In this document: positions 26,238 through 41,141 of the stretch, piece after piece
How positions within the stretch are numbered: the stretch's first letter is position 1
How the letters are laid out: the number at the start of each line of letters is the position of its first letter
Source: Octopus vulgaris
Taxonomy: Eukaryota
DNA length: 64,000 nucleotides
NCBI GenBank assembly: GCA_951406725.2
Contig: OX597825.1
Coordinates: forward strand, 61,566,001 to 61,630,000
Direction: 5' to 3'
Program-made: the position numbers and the translations under genes
Notes under the pieces: generated by a model
What the model was told of the DNA's origin: nothing
The model's database searches: none
What the model saw: only the letters and a program-made list of their open reading frames with translations

Positions 26238-27476
26238 TGAAAAGGAAATGAGAGTCCAAGAGAGATTCAGTTGGGTAGGATCAGACTAAAGTGACCAGAT
26301 GAGTGCAAGTCATTTATGTTTTGAGCCTAAGCTCTTCATCTGAATTAAACAATCAAGGTATGCTAAAATGACAGAAAGAAGAAGTAGGTTTGAGGTGTGG
26401 GTGGCAAAGGACACAAGAGTGATGTGGTATGTGTGTGTGTGTGCACACAAACACGTATGTATGAAGCCAGTGGGTGAGTTAATCAAATGGTGAGAGACAC
26501 TATTTCTTATTCATATTTTTACTCCACTAGGCCATTAATTCTCACACAGAAGGTGTCTAAACTAAAGGAGTTTAGCCAATCTTAATGCTGCTTTCCATCG
26601 ATCCACTGTGATAAAACAATGAGATGCCTACACTTAACCTGGTCAGATCAAAGCATAGGGAAATATCTAGTGTCAGTACCTGAGCTAAACACCCACAACA
26701 CATAAAAACACATGACTCCCCCAACTAAAAAAAAAATTGTTTGAAAACTATTTGTTAGATATATGTGAAGACCAAGATAATTATCGGGAATTGGTAATCT
26801 GTCAGTCTGCTACTAATACTGCATTGCTACTACTGTCAGCTGTTTGTGAAGCATGCTGTCTCATTTGAGACATACCATTAACACATTCCACTTGAAATCT
26901 TCCATTTTCAGCTGATTTCAAGACATCCTCTTGATACGTTTCCTGTTGATCTTCATCTGAATTTTCTAAAATTTCCAATATTTCTTCAGTTGTAAACAAT
27001 CTACAACATTGTGCTGTAAACAAATTATACTGGAAATGTTCAGCTGTGGTGAGTTACATAATAAAGAATTTGGAAATATATTCAAACCAAAAATTATAAT
27101 AGATACAAATAAAAAACAGTCCACAAAAAGTGCTAGGAAGTTGGTAATCCAAGTAGTATAGAATTCCTGTGGTAATTCAGGTGGGTTTTAGAGATAAGTT
27201 AGTTCTTGAAAAGTGGTAAAAGTCTATGAAGTAATTGAAAATGAAATGAGAGTCCAAGAGAGATACAGTCAGGTAGGATCAGATTAGAGTGGCCAGAGGA
27301 GTGCAAGTCATTAATGTTTTGGGCCTAGGCTCTTCTTCTGAATTAAACAATCAAGGTATGCTAAAATGACAGGAAGAGGAAGTAGGTTTGAAGTGTGGGA
27401 GGCAAGGAACACAAGAGTGAAGAGGTATGTGTGTGTGTGCACACACAAACACGTGTGTATGAAGCCAGTGGGCAAG
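26238..27476. repeat. ~240-bp dispersed direct repeat (26238-26480 and 27236-27476)
   Basis: Both copies share GAAATGAGAGTCCAAGAGAGA...CTGAATTAAACAATCAAGGTATGCTAAAATGACAG...TATGAAGCCAGTGGG. Confidence 0.85.
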
Positions 27477-27787
27477 TTGTATATGTGTGTATGTTCACAC
27501 ATACCATACATGTGTGTGCAAGCAAGCATACATACATGTGTTTGTGTGTGTGTGTGCAAATGAGACTGTTATTAACTAATATATGTAAATCCTACCAGAT
27601 GCTTCGAGTGTCACTTTCTTTAATTTGTCTACTTACTTACACACACTTATACACATACACACACGCACACATACATCGTCAGTGTATCATATATACAAAA
27701 AAGAAGTGCACTGTTGACTAGTCATCCATAGAGCTAAGTGCTTTATTGATGTCAAATCATTTGTCAGTCTATGACCAGATATATGCT

Positions 27788-27849
<62 letters not shown>

Positions 27850-27852
<3 letters not shown>

Positions 27853-28681
27853 GGTGGGGTGAATAAATTCTTATGCAAAAATAAAATAACACTGACATTG
27901 CATTTTAACAGATATATTTACCAAAATTACATAAAAATACTTTGAAATACAAAAGAGTAAATTTATTCAATAAAATCATCATTGGCTTCAACCATGGCCT
28001 CCAGACAATCTCTACGGTCTCCTTGTTTAAGTTGGCGAATATTGCCATAATCCTTGCCTTCAGTTTATCTTTGTTGGAGTTTTGTTAGTCTCTTGCTCAA
28101 TTGCACCTCACACATAATAATCAAGGGGGTTGCAGTGTGGGGAGTTAGGTGGCCAGATGTTAGGGGGATGTGGTCACAGAAATTGTCTGACAGTCATGAC
28201 TGGGTTCTCCTGCTTGTCCGGAAGTGTGCAGAGTCCTGTTGCCAGACATGGGGGTCTTCCAGCATCCACCCTTTTCACTCAGGGTAGCACTACCTCCTCC
28301 AAGCACTTGATGTAAGTCTCTGTTTTGAGTTTGAGGCTGTGTCGGTAGATGAATGGAGACATAACGTTGCCATCATTAGCGTACACTCCAAACACCATAA
28401 TTTTGACTGGATGTCTGATTTTCATCACTCTTGGTACACGTCTTCAGAATGACACCCAAACACTCTGAAATGCTCATATTAGAGCTTCCAGCACAAATGC
28501 TAAGCAGTACAGCATAACATTTCCAAATTTTTGGTGAGTGAATTGCGGCATGGTGCTAATTTCTCACAGTCGGTGCCCAGCTGACCCTACTATACTTTGT
28601 AGTCAACAAAAAGAAAGCCAAACAATGCACATATGTGGAATTAGAAAGGTAAAGTGGTGACAATTTATTCACCACACACTG
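27850..28681 (-). mobile_element. maT/DD37D Tc1-mariner element, internally deleted
   Basis: TIRs CAGGGTGGGGTGAATAAATT / AATTTATTCACCACACACTG in TA context. The - strand translates ...YIKCLEEVVLP...WQQDSA...WPPNSPHCNPLDYYV, giving 37 aa between the last two Ds after correcting one frameshift. Confidence 0.85.
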
Positions 28682-29104
28682 ACTATATATATATATAGTA
28701 GTAACAGAAAAGAGGAATTTCGATTATCCCCACGTGGTGAATTGTAATGAAAATAAGAAATTAAAAAAAGAAAGTACGCACACTTACATAGCTTCAATAT
28801 AATTTTTAATATATCAACCGGTTTCGCTGTTGCTATTCATGATATTATGTTTTACTTATTTGAATATGTATTTTTCTTAAGAAGAAATTTTGTCCATGTT
28901 GTGTGTGATGATATTCACAAGTAAATGACTTCACAAGTAGATAAATAAGGGGAGGTAACTGGTTATCGTTAACCAATTACCTCCCCTTATGTTCTAAAAT
29001 CTACACAGCCTTGGTTTCTTTTAAATTTTATACACACACACACACACACACAGACACACACATATATCTATATATGTATATATATACTAATACATTTATA
29101 TATA

Positions 29105-29365
29105 TATCACCGTGATCACCGTGACCGACCAGGCTATCAGATGTTGCTACACATCGCTGGTCACAATGCGTTCACATTGTTTTAGCCTTCAAATGACGCC
29201 CCCCTCGCTGGCTAAGCGAGCAGGCCAATAGAAGAAAGAGAGAGAGAAAGTTGTGGTGAAAGAGTACAGCAGGGATCACCACCCCCTGCCGGAGCCTCGT
29301 GTTTTCGCTCAATAAACACTCACAACGCCCGGTCTAGGAATCGAAACCGTGATTCTACGCCTCCA

Positions 29366-29366
<1 letters not shown>
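29105..29366 (-). mobile_element. tRNA-derived SINE (third family), internally deleted head
   Basis: GTGGAGGCG head and GGTTTCGATTCC B-box. Central domain CTCTTTCACCACAACTTTCTCTC is shared with 59241-59525. Confidence 0.7.
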
Positions 29367-29408
<42 letters not shown>

Positions 29409-29559
29409 ATGTATACAGCTTTCACTTTCTCTGTGTATATATTTATATATATATTTGTCTGATCTTCGATTTTTTTTAATATGCTACACCATTGGTTTAA
29501 ATTGATGTTAATTGATTGATATCAATTTCTGCCCTCATTATTTAATTTATATTTGTGTG

Positions 29560-29606
<47 letters not shown>

Positions 29607-30089
29607 ATATATCTGTCTGTGTATATATTAATATATATATATATATATATATATATGTGCTTGTGTGTGTACATATATATGTGTGTGTGTAATGTTAATT
29701 GAAGTTACAGGGTTTAATAAGAAATATGTTTACACACATTATTTACAGCTTTTTGTTTATCATAACTTTGGATGTATGACACTAAGTGTAATAAACATAT
29801 CGCATTTTAATTAGAAATTTAAAGGATATCAAAGAAGATAAGGATAGACACTTGACAGGATAATGAAGCAAGAATTATCCGAAATTTCTTCTGTGATTAA
29901 TATTAGTACTTTAGATTTAGTGTTTGGAATAATTACATGACAGAAATTATTGTCCTGATATATTAGAATGACACACAGCAGTAGCAGTGAAGTAGGATCT
30001 TTAATTTTGAAGAGCTGTATTATTTTTGTCTTTTCCATATTCAAAGATGAGTAATGTTCTAAATTTTTTGTTGAGAACCCTTTGCTTGC

Positions 30090-30323
30090 TGTAAAGCACC
30101 AACCGATTGTAGCTGCTGCCAGCCTCCCCTGGCACCTGTACTGGTGGCACCTAAAAAGCACCCACTACATTCACAGGGTGGTTGGCGTCAGGAAGGGCAT
30201 CCAGCTGTAGAAACACTGCCAGATCAGACTGGAGCCTGGTGCAGCCTCCTGGCTTCCCAGATCCCGGTCAAACCATCCAATCCATTCTAGAATGGAAAAC
30301 GGACGTTAAACGATGATGATGAT
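30090..30323 (+). mobile_element. 3' UTR fragment of the RTE LINE family
   Basis: GGAAGGGCATCCAGCTGTAGAAACACTGCCAGATCAGACTGGAGCC...GACGTTAAACGATGATG matches 40860-41000. Confidence 0.85.
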
Positions 30324-32796
30324 ATACTTACTTTAACTTTCTGTATATAAGCTGATGTATATATATGTCAGATCAGGGATCTCATCACAGGCTGATGATA
30401 CCAGCAACTGGTACCATGTAAACCACTACTGCCTGTTCATTGGTCAAGTGGTCAGCTACTAAACTGGCTTCCCCATTTGAGTAGCTCTCTGTGGGCCAAC
30501 AGCCATCCTGTTGGGGAAGGAAATAACAAACCACCGAATTATCTCTGCCAAGAAAACAGTATGAGAAATTCAGAATCAAATATTGCTATGGCTTCATCCA
30601 GTGAGAGAAACCTGCGCTTAATCAGGAAGACTTTTGTTGCAGTGTCATCAATGCACTGCAAAAGTGTATGATACATACTGATGACAATAGCAAAATGCAG
30701 TTCAACTTGCATTTTGGGAATGCACATTATCAGTACATACCAGTCACAAGCTATTTCTAGTTTGCCATATAGGTTTATGTATTGTAGCAATGCATTATAT
30801 ATTTTATACTAAACATCTCAGCATCACCATCTTTATTGCTCTCTTTCAGCTACTACTTCCCATATCATGATGTGTCTCCTCTACAGAAAGATACCTGTCC
30901 TGTCCCTGTATCATTCTTTAGCCTGAAACACACCTTGCAGAAAGCCATGTCGTTCTCTACTATACACCATTCAGTCGAGCATGCTTTTCTGCCATGCAAG
31001 TTACTTGGTATCCTCAGCGGTGCCAATTGCAAAGATGTGCACCCAGAATACTCCGTAAAGAGGTTTCTGTTAGAAAGGTTATCCAAACCACTGAAACCAC
31101 TATTAAGGTATACATTATCAAAACAGACATTAGAATTTGACCAAGGTCTCTGGCTTATTAGATTCTTTTGAACTGTCTAACCTAATGTAGCAAGGATGGC
31201 ATGTATGAATGGACGAAGCCACCTTGAGCATAATCCTATGAACCTGGAAAAATTTAAAACAGACAGTTACTTACTTGCAAATAAATGTGTTAATATGTGA
31301 CATTAATGACCGAGGTTACCGTGGTCTTTTCCGTAGGCTTTTCCTTCCATGGATAAACCTTATCTGCTTCCCCTTTACACTTTACATCATGACATTTCTC
31401 TGATACACGATCCCTATTGATCGTTTTTTCTTTTCTCTTTTTCTTTCCTTTTTTTCTTTTTTTTTTTTTCCTTTCTATGATCCCTTTTGATCGAAAACCT
31501 ATCCCACTTTTTTTTTCTCCCCAAAAGAAAAGCTCTACTTTGTAATTTGTCCCATCTGTGTCCAGCCCTGTGTGGCTAATAAAGAAACATAACCTATACC
31601 AGCATTGCTGATTATGTTATTAAAAGTTTATTGTTGTCATAGGAAATAAATCTCAAAGACTGAGTGAACGAGTGTTTATTATCATTTACCTTAGATGGAA
31701 AGTGGAAGCCAATACTGTATCATTCCTTAACCTGTTAAATCTGTAATGATGGAGAAGGTATTTATTTTGAGAAGTACAGGCTCAGGAAGAGGGTATGCAG
31801 TGGGTGCAAGAGCAGCCCAAAAATTATGTGGGGGCAATGAAAATGCTTTGAATATCTTGGGTTGGACCTGGGTTTGCACACCCTAAGCAAATTCCATTCT
31901 TGCACTTATGTTGAGAGATGTGCTACTTTTTTGGCAAATCTGTTTCTTCTGATATCATTCCCTCTCTCACTCCCCTATTCCCTTCCTTGATCAACTGAGC
32001 AAATGTACACACTCAAGGGAGTATTGTCAACACCTACATTTACATCCCTGTCTCCTGTTTCATCTACTTAATTTTTGGTCTTCCTTTTGCCATCATTACC
32101 GCATCTTTCCCACATTGGTCACAGATTAAGTTACTGTGTACTCCTTACATTTGTATTTGCATTCAACAAGGTATCACTCTGGATGTTTTAATTGGTTAAA
32201 TAGTCAGAAAATTTAGTAAGTAGAGAGGATACTTTTGTCATACCACACTGAGACAAATCAATAGGGACTTCTCTATCTCTCTCTAGTGTTGGTGCCTTGA
32301 AAAAATGCATCCAATACACTCTGAAAAGCAGTCGGTGACATATTATCTTGGGTATTTACAAACCTGTTGGAATCTTCGATTTTCCAAGACTGGACACAAC
32401 TAATCTGTTCAAGAAAGAATGAGAAAGAAAGAATGCATGTAAGAGAAAAATATTTGATCTCAATATTAGATAAGGGCTTTAAATATCAACCCTGAGAGGA
32501 ATGGAAGGTTAAGTTAGTTTTGGTGGGATTTTGATCTCAGAGCATGGTGAAACAGAAGAAACACTGCAAAGCACTCTGTATGACGCTATGATGTATCTGC
32601 CAATTTCTCTTGTGCATGTCTGTGTGTGTATGTGTGTGCGTGCGCGCACGTGTGTGTGTGTGTGTGTGAATGTATGCATGTATATAGGGAGTTACATAGG
32701 TATGTTATAAATGAGGTGTTTGAAGTGATGTATTACAAGGCTCACAATTAGAAAGAGTATCCAGCCATAAAATCTACTTGCACACGCAGACATATG

Positions 32797-32845
<49 letters not shown>

Positions 32846-33164
32846 TAATAATAATAATAAAGAGTATAAATCCAAACTTACAGGAAAAAATTCAATTTAG
32901 TATCAAATTAAATTTCACAATATAAATATATTTTCCTTTGGAAAATCAAAGACTCCAGCAGGGAGTATTTATATATATATATAACGGGATACGTTGTACA
33001 TTGATGGATAGATAGAGTAACCGATAGATTGATAAACAAGTATTCATGTATATATGTATGAATATATGGATATGTTTAAGTATGCATATGTGTATGTATG
33101 TATGTTTGTATATATGTATGTAGGTATGCATGCATGTATGTATGTATGTATGTATGTATGTATG

Positions 33165-33195
<31 letters not shown>

Positions 33196-33616
33196 GTTTT
33201 AGTTGCCAATTCTGTACAAGACATTGTAGATCTTTAGCTGGGCTAAAACGTCACATTCGATCACAGCACCAATAAAAGTTAAGCTTTGTGCAATGGCCAT
33301 ACTCAATAACGAGGGGGCAGCCATAATAATAATAATAATAATAATGTAGGTAGGTAGGTAGGTAGGTAGGTAGGTAAGTGGGTAGGTATGTAGGCAGGTA
33401 GACACATACATTGTGGATATAAATAGTTAGAGAAATAGATAGATGGATGGGTAGATAGAAAGATGGATAGATAGATAAATAGATAGTTAGGTGTGTATAT
33501 AGGTAAGTAGAATGATACATAAAGAGAAAGATAAATAGGTAGATAAGTAGTTGAATAATTAGATAGATAGTGACAGATAGATAGTGATAGATAGATAGAC
33601 ATATAGATAGATAGAT

Positions 33617-33744
<128 letters not shown>

Positions 33745-34124
33745 TGTTTCATTGATGATGTAAATTGCTGCACCTAGAATCTTGCCTGTACACTTACTTA
33801 CGAACATCCTTATGCAATAATATATATTGACATCTCACAGATATGAAGCAGATGCTATTATTTCTCTGATTTTATTCAAATCCAATAAATAGCATGCATT
33901 AGTAGAACAGTTGATGTCTCTATTAATATTACTCTGCAAAATAGTCATTGCACCAAAAGTATAATGGTTTTGACTAGAGTGACATCAGAATTGTGAAATC
34001 AGAAGCCATTCAATGACTTTTACCATTTGTCTTTAACACTTTCTTAAAGTGTTTTCTGATGATAGTATAGAACAGTGAGCTAAAAATAAAACCATGGGAA
34101 GAAAGAATACAAAGAACATTGTCA

Positions 34125-34162
<38 letters not shown>

Positions 34163-34198
34163 CAATAATGAGGATGATAAAGATAATAATGAAATTAC

Positions 34199-34258
34199 CT
34201 CTGTTCTTTAAAGTCTGGTGTTTTCTCAAATTTTTGTTGCTTCTGTCTCTTGCACAAC
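34199..34258 (-). other. Candidate 60-nt spliced exon of an unidentified host transcript
   Basis: Minus strand ttttgtgcag|GTTGTGC...GAACAGAG|gtaatt, open in two frames. A second acceptor (tttatttttag) lies 120 bp downstream. Confidence 0.3.
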
Positions 34259-34329
34259 CTGCACAAAATGTTCCATTGAAGATTAAGTAAATTCTTCACT
34301 TAATGGATAGTACTTGTTTTTGGATTTTA

Positions 34330-34367
<38 letters not shown>

Positions 34368-35499
34368 GTTTTTCATTTTTTTTTTTTTTTGGAAAGATGA
34401 TTATCATCCCTCTTTCTACCTTAATCCGCTCAAATCTTTTCTCTTTTTTTTCTTTCGCTGTTTTTGTTTCCCTTACTTTCATGTCATTATTTCTTTTATT
34501 TGTTTTGTCATTGTTACATTCCATATGATTTTCATTCTTTTTGTGGGTTTCTTTGTTTCTTATTTTTGGTTAGTTATGCCATTTTTCTGCTGCTATCTAA
34601 AATTGAAGAAATCAAATTTTCAGATATATTTGAAACGTTTCCGAAAAATTTTATCCTTTTTTTTCTTTATATCTTTTTCTCATTTTCTTTTCCTTTTCTT
34701 ATCTTCTTTCCTTTTTGTGTTTTCGTACTGTGCTGATAAAATATTTCTATTGCCTGCTGAATATTTCTTTGAAAAGAATAATTTTGTTTCTTCTGTAGAT
34801 GACAGCTCTTTACAGCTAGAATAATACATTACGACAACTACTATAGCAGAAGCGTTGGCATTAAACTAACGAAATGCTAAACTATTAGGTATATAGTCTC
34901 AAAATGACATAAGTTTATAGCTTTATACCATATAATTATTATTTTTACTAATATTAATAAAAAAGAACAACTGTATTGGACAGGAGAAAATAATGAAAAA
35001 AAAATCATAAATGCTAAAATAGAAATGTTGAATTAAGAAACAATTATATTTCTTATTAATCCTCCACCATAATGTGGATTGTGTTGGTTGTACAAACAAC
35101 AAAGGTATTTTTGATCTATAATATTCGATGAGATGAAAAGAAATTTCAGTCATAAAAATATGTTTATTATTTATTGTATTGAAGATTAACAAAAGTTGAC
35201 TCTGTTCCAGTAAACAGTTCTTGAAATAATTCTATTTCTATTTGTGTTTCTATTATAATTAACAACCAAATATAGCTAGAATTTGGGCAAGAGATCTTGT
35301 AGTTTACATAAAGTATTGTTATTTAAATAATAATCAGAAAAGAATAAAAATGATTTAAAAAAAGAAAAACAGCTACAATTATAAAAAGAGTAAAAACCAG
35401 CCAAAAAAATGATTAATTTATTCAACATATTAGTTTTAATAATTTCTAATCATGAAGTGAAAAAAAGAAAAAGTAAGTGTGAAAAGTTGAATGTAAATA

Positions 35500-35900
35500 A
35501 TATGGACACTTTTATGTCAGATCATTATTGAGACTGGTAGATCTAGACATAAAAATTTGAATCTAGAATCTCATTGTAGTATTTATGATAACTTCTTTAA
35601 CATACAAGTTCCTGATAATCAATTCTGGATGTGTATTTACCAATGAGGTTTTCATATTGGTATGTTCTTTAATCTGTGTATGTAAGTGGATGAATAGGAT
35701 CGGTAGTATTGTGTCAAACTTGTTACATTTCTTAAATTCGATAGCAGACACCATGAAAGCTCTGAAGCAGTCTTCAGCATTTTTAATCAAGTTGTTGGTT
35801 ATTGCACATCTTCTGTCAATTTCAGATGTTTATTTCTAAAGTGTGATAATGTTTATAAATGTTCTTGTCAAAATGGAATTCAGCATCATTCATGATAAAG
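35500..35900 (-). pseudogene. Penelope-like GIY-YIG endonuclease remnant
   Basis: ORF 35563-35790 'MVSAIEFKKCNKFDT...HLHTQIKEHTNMKTSLVNTH' fits the PLE pattern VVY.I.C..C...YIG.T...LH.RIKEH.....S.V..H. Confidence 0.55.
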
Positions 35901-36968
35901 GATTGAAGTCGGTGGTTATTTGGTGAAGTAAAACTGAGACAACAAAACAAAAGGAGTAAAGAAAAAAGGGAAAAAGTAAAAAGAAAAAAACAGTTGATCC
36001 ACAGAAATCATCATCTTTTGATGTCCATCTTCCATGCTGGAATGAGTTGAACAGTTTGACAGGATCTGAAAATCTAGAGGGTTGTGTTGACCTCCAATGT
36101 CTACTTCAGCATGGTTTCTACTTCTGGATGCCCTTCCTAATGCCATCCACTTTGCAGAGTGTATTGAGTACTTTTTCATGGCCCTTACACAAGTAAGCTT
36201 ATCAAGTAACTCGTAAGGCAGGCCTCCTCAAGTGAGTGGCAGATGTAAATGAGAGAGAGGCAGCTTTGTGCCCGGTGTTGAGAAGCTAAAGTATGATAAA
36301 GTGACAGGAACGGGTGTCTTTCAGAAGAAGAGATATATGGCTACCAAAGTTGGGGAAAAAGGTACAAATGACAGAGATGAGATGAGAGGGCATACAATTA
36401 TGGTACAAGAAGGTGAAAATAAGGTTGAGGATCAGGAAGGGTGGGTGGAGATGTTTACAAGAGAGTGAAGGGATAGTGTCAGATGATTAGAGATGTGGTT
36501 AGATGTGAATGCAGTGAAGGGAAAACAAAGATGGAGGAATGATCGATTGTGAATATTATTTTGGCAGGTAGGTGAAAGAAATAAAAGTGGGCAAGTGAGG
36601 ATTGAAAGATATTTCTGTAGGAACAAATCTCGATAAAAAATAAACCTGTAGAACATACCCTAAGTTTTGCTAATTATTTAAGTCCCTACATAATCATGAC
36701 TAGATATCGACACCCACTTATCCCCACACTCCCTTATCTCAGCTAAGCATCTAGGATACGATAGCTGGAGGGGAAAGAAAGAAGAGGTGTTTGCACCTGC
36801 ACCTGACTAGTAAATCATTACAGCTGCAGTAACATAAAATGGAGTGCTTTCCTTAAAGTCATAATGTGCTTCATGGTACAGGAATTCAAGCCACCACCTT
36901 ATATGATCAAGAGCTGAACATACTAACCACATTCAGCCTTTACATTAAAGGTACATTCAGGCTTTAGA

Positions 36969-37196
36969 TTAACCCTTTTGTTACCAACCCGGTTGAAACC
37001 GGCCCTAGCTCTGAATAGAAATGTCTTGTTTTCATAAGTTTGGAATTAAAATCTTCCACCAAACCTTAGTCACAAGTTATGTTCCTAACTCTAGCTGAAT
37101 GATAACTAAGTTATTTTACTAAATTCTTTGTTATATTTAAAGTAACTGGAAGAAACACAGAGCATCTCAAAATAAATACAGTAATGAAAGGGTTAA
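36969..37196. mobile_element. piggyBac-type MITE
   Basis: TTAA-CCCTTT...AAAGGG-TTAA; homologous copy at 63279-63512. Confidence 0.88.
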
Positions 37197-37359
37197 AGGA
37201 CTTGCTAAACAATGTATGACTCCAAAGATCTGGAGTTTCAAAATGACATCATCAGAGCTGTTGATTAGTTTCTTCCAAACTCTAAGTAAGAGTCTTGAAA
37301 TCTTAAATAGAAACCATTATACAAAAGTGGTGTCAAAAAGGTTTTGAATTAGTTATGTT

Positions 37360-37790
37360 TACAGTTTTATATTTAAGAGATGAGGAATTATGTACATTAT
37401 TTACAGTTGACGGATATTTGTCCTCATCTTGTTTGTTGTTAACACAATGTTTCGGCTGATATGCCCAAAGGCATATGGCGTAGTGGTTAAGAGTGTGGGC
37501 TACTAACCCCAAGATTCCGAGTTCGATTCTAGGCAGTGACCTGAATAGTAATAATATTAATAATAATAATAATAATAATGTTGATGATGATAATAATAAT
37601 AACAACAACAACAACAACAACAACAACAATAATAATAATGATAATATCGAAAAATACCTTAGGAATGAGAACCCAAGTTCAAACTTTTCCCAAGACACCT
37701 GATGAAGGCTGGAGGGTATATCAGCCAAAACGTTGTGTTAACAATAAACAAGATGAGGACAAATATCCATCAAATGTAAATAATGTAAAT
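37360..37790 (+). mobile_element. tRNA-headed, hammerhead-containing non-autonomous retroelement with 5' inverted tail
   Basis: A-box TGGCGTAGTGG (37476-37486), B-box GAGTTCGATTC (37519-37529), (AAT/AAC)n spacer, HHR at 37694-37739. 37391-37462 is an inverted copy of 37716-37787. Confidence 0.72.
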
Positions 37791-38089
37791 AGTGTAATTA
37801 TGTTTAATAAAAAATAGCTTATTTACTTAAGTTTTGACATCATCTCCTTCAAAATAGTAACCTTGCACAGCAATACACCAGTTCCAGTGTTCCTGCCACT
37901 TTTGGAATCTGGCCTGGAAGTCGTTTTTCATAGGTGAGTTGAGGACATTCTGCAATATTTTCTAAATTCCACTTCCCACAATTCCTGCTATAACACATTC
38001 TCTTCCTGTTAACATGTGTACCTCCCTTTAAAACCAAGACTCATCTGCTAACTGCAACACTGTATGAAATGTGAATCCTAAATAGTGTA

Positions 38090-38165
38090 TTCTCCCTGAT
38101 GAAGGAGGCAGTATCTAATATCTAATCTATGGATTACTGCACCCTTGAAACAGCCGGTGGAACAC
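38090..38165 (+). ncRNA. Degenerate minimal hammerhead motif
   Basis: CTGATGA 38096-38102; stem II GCAGTA/TACTGC with AGG/CCT; GAAA 38147-38150; CAGCCG (near-palindrome). Cleavage triplet is mutated. Confidence 0.45.
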
Positions 38166-38836
38166 CTCTACCTATTTATTTAAACTGGATTACCTACATC
38201 TGATTTTTAGAAACCCCAATCATCATACTTAAAACTTTATTCATTCACTTTTTCGTAAGGAATTATATTCATATTCTTCAATATTTTTAACAATGCTTTT
38301 AATCTATTAATATGATAGTAGTTCAAGATGTTTATATATAACCTTAAGCATCAACATTTTTATACCTCAATTTAATTTTTCTACCCATATATTATATTTT
38401 TATATTTTTATGTATTCATAAATTCTAAAAATGTGTTTATATTTTAATGACTGTTACATTAATATATTTTAATAACTGATAAACATTGGTTCATGGCTGA
38501 ATATATGTTTATATAAATTGTTGAACCTACTTGAATTCTCCTTGTAAATATTATCTATATCTTGTGTCTTGGGTTCTCTACTTGAGTACTTCATACTGCT
38601 GCCTATATAATACGCAAGCATTTTTTACTATATATATAAAGATATATTCAAAAAGCAATAAAGATTCAAGTTAATTTAAATGAATTTACTTGAATATGGT
38701 ACCTAACTTAGATGCACCAAAACAAACTATACGGTTTTAACAATACAGTAATGTGGGGTGATTATAAGCAAGAATGGATATCCATTCTTGTTGCTTCTTT
38801 CTCGCGTATATAAAGATATATATATATATTTATATA

Positions 38837-41141
<2,305 letters not shown>

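Noticed and set aside
37465-37545. Possible tRNA gene
   Set aside because: A and B boxes are present but there is no proper acceptor stem. It is a SINE-type head, as are the other tRNA-like segments.
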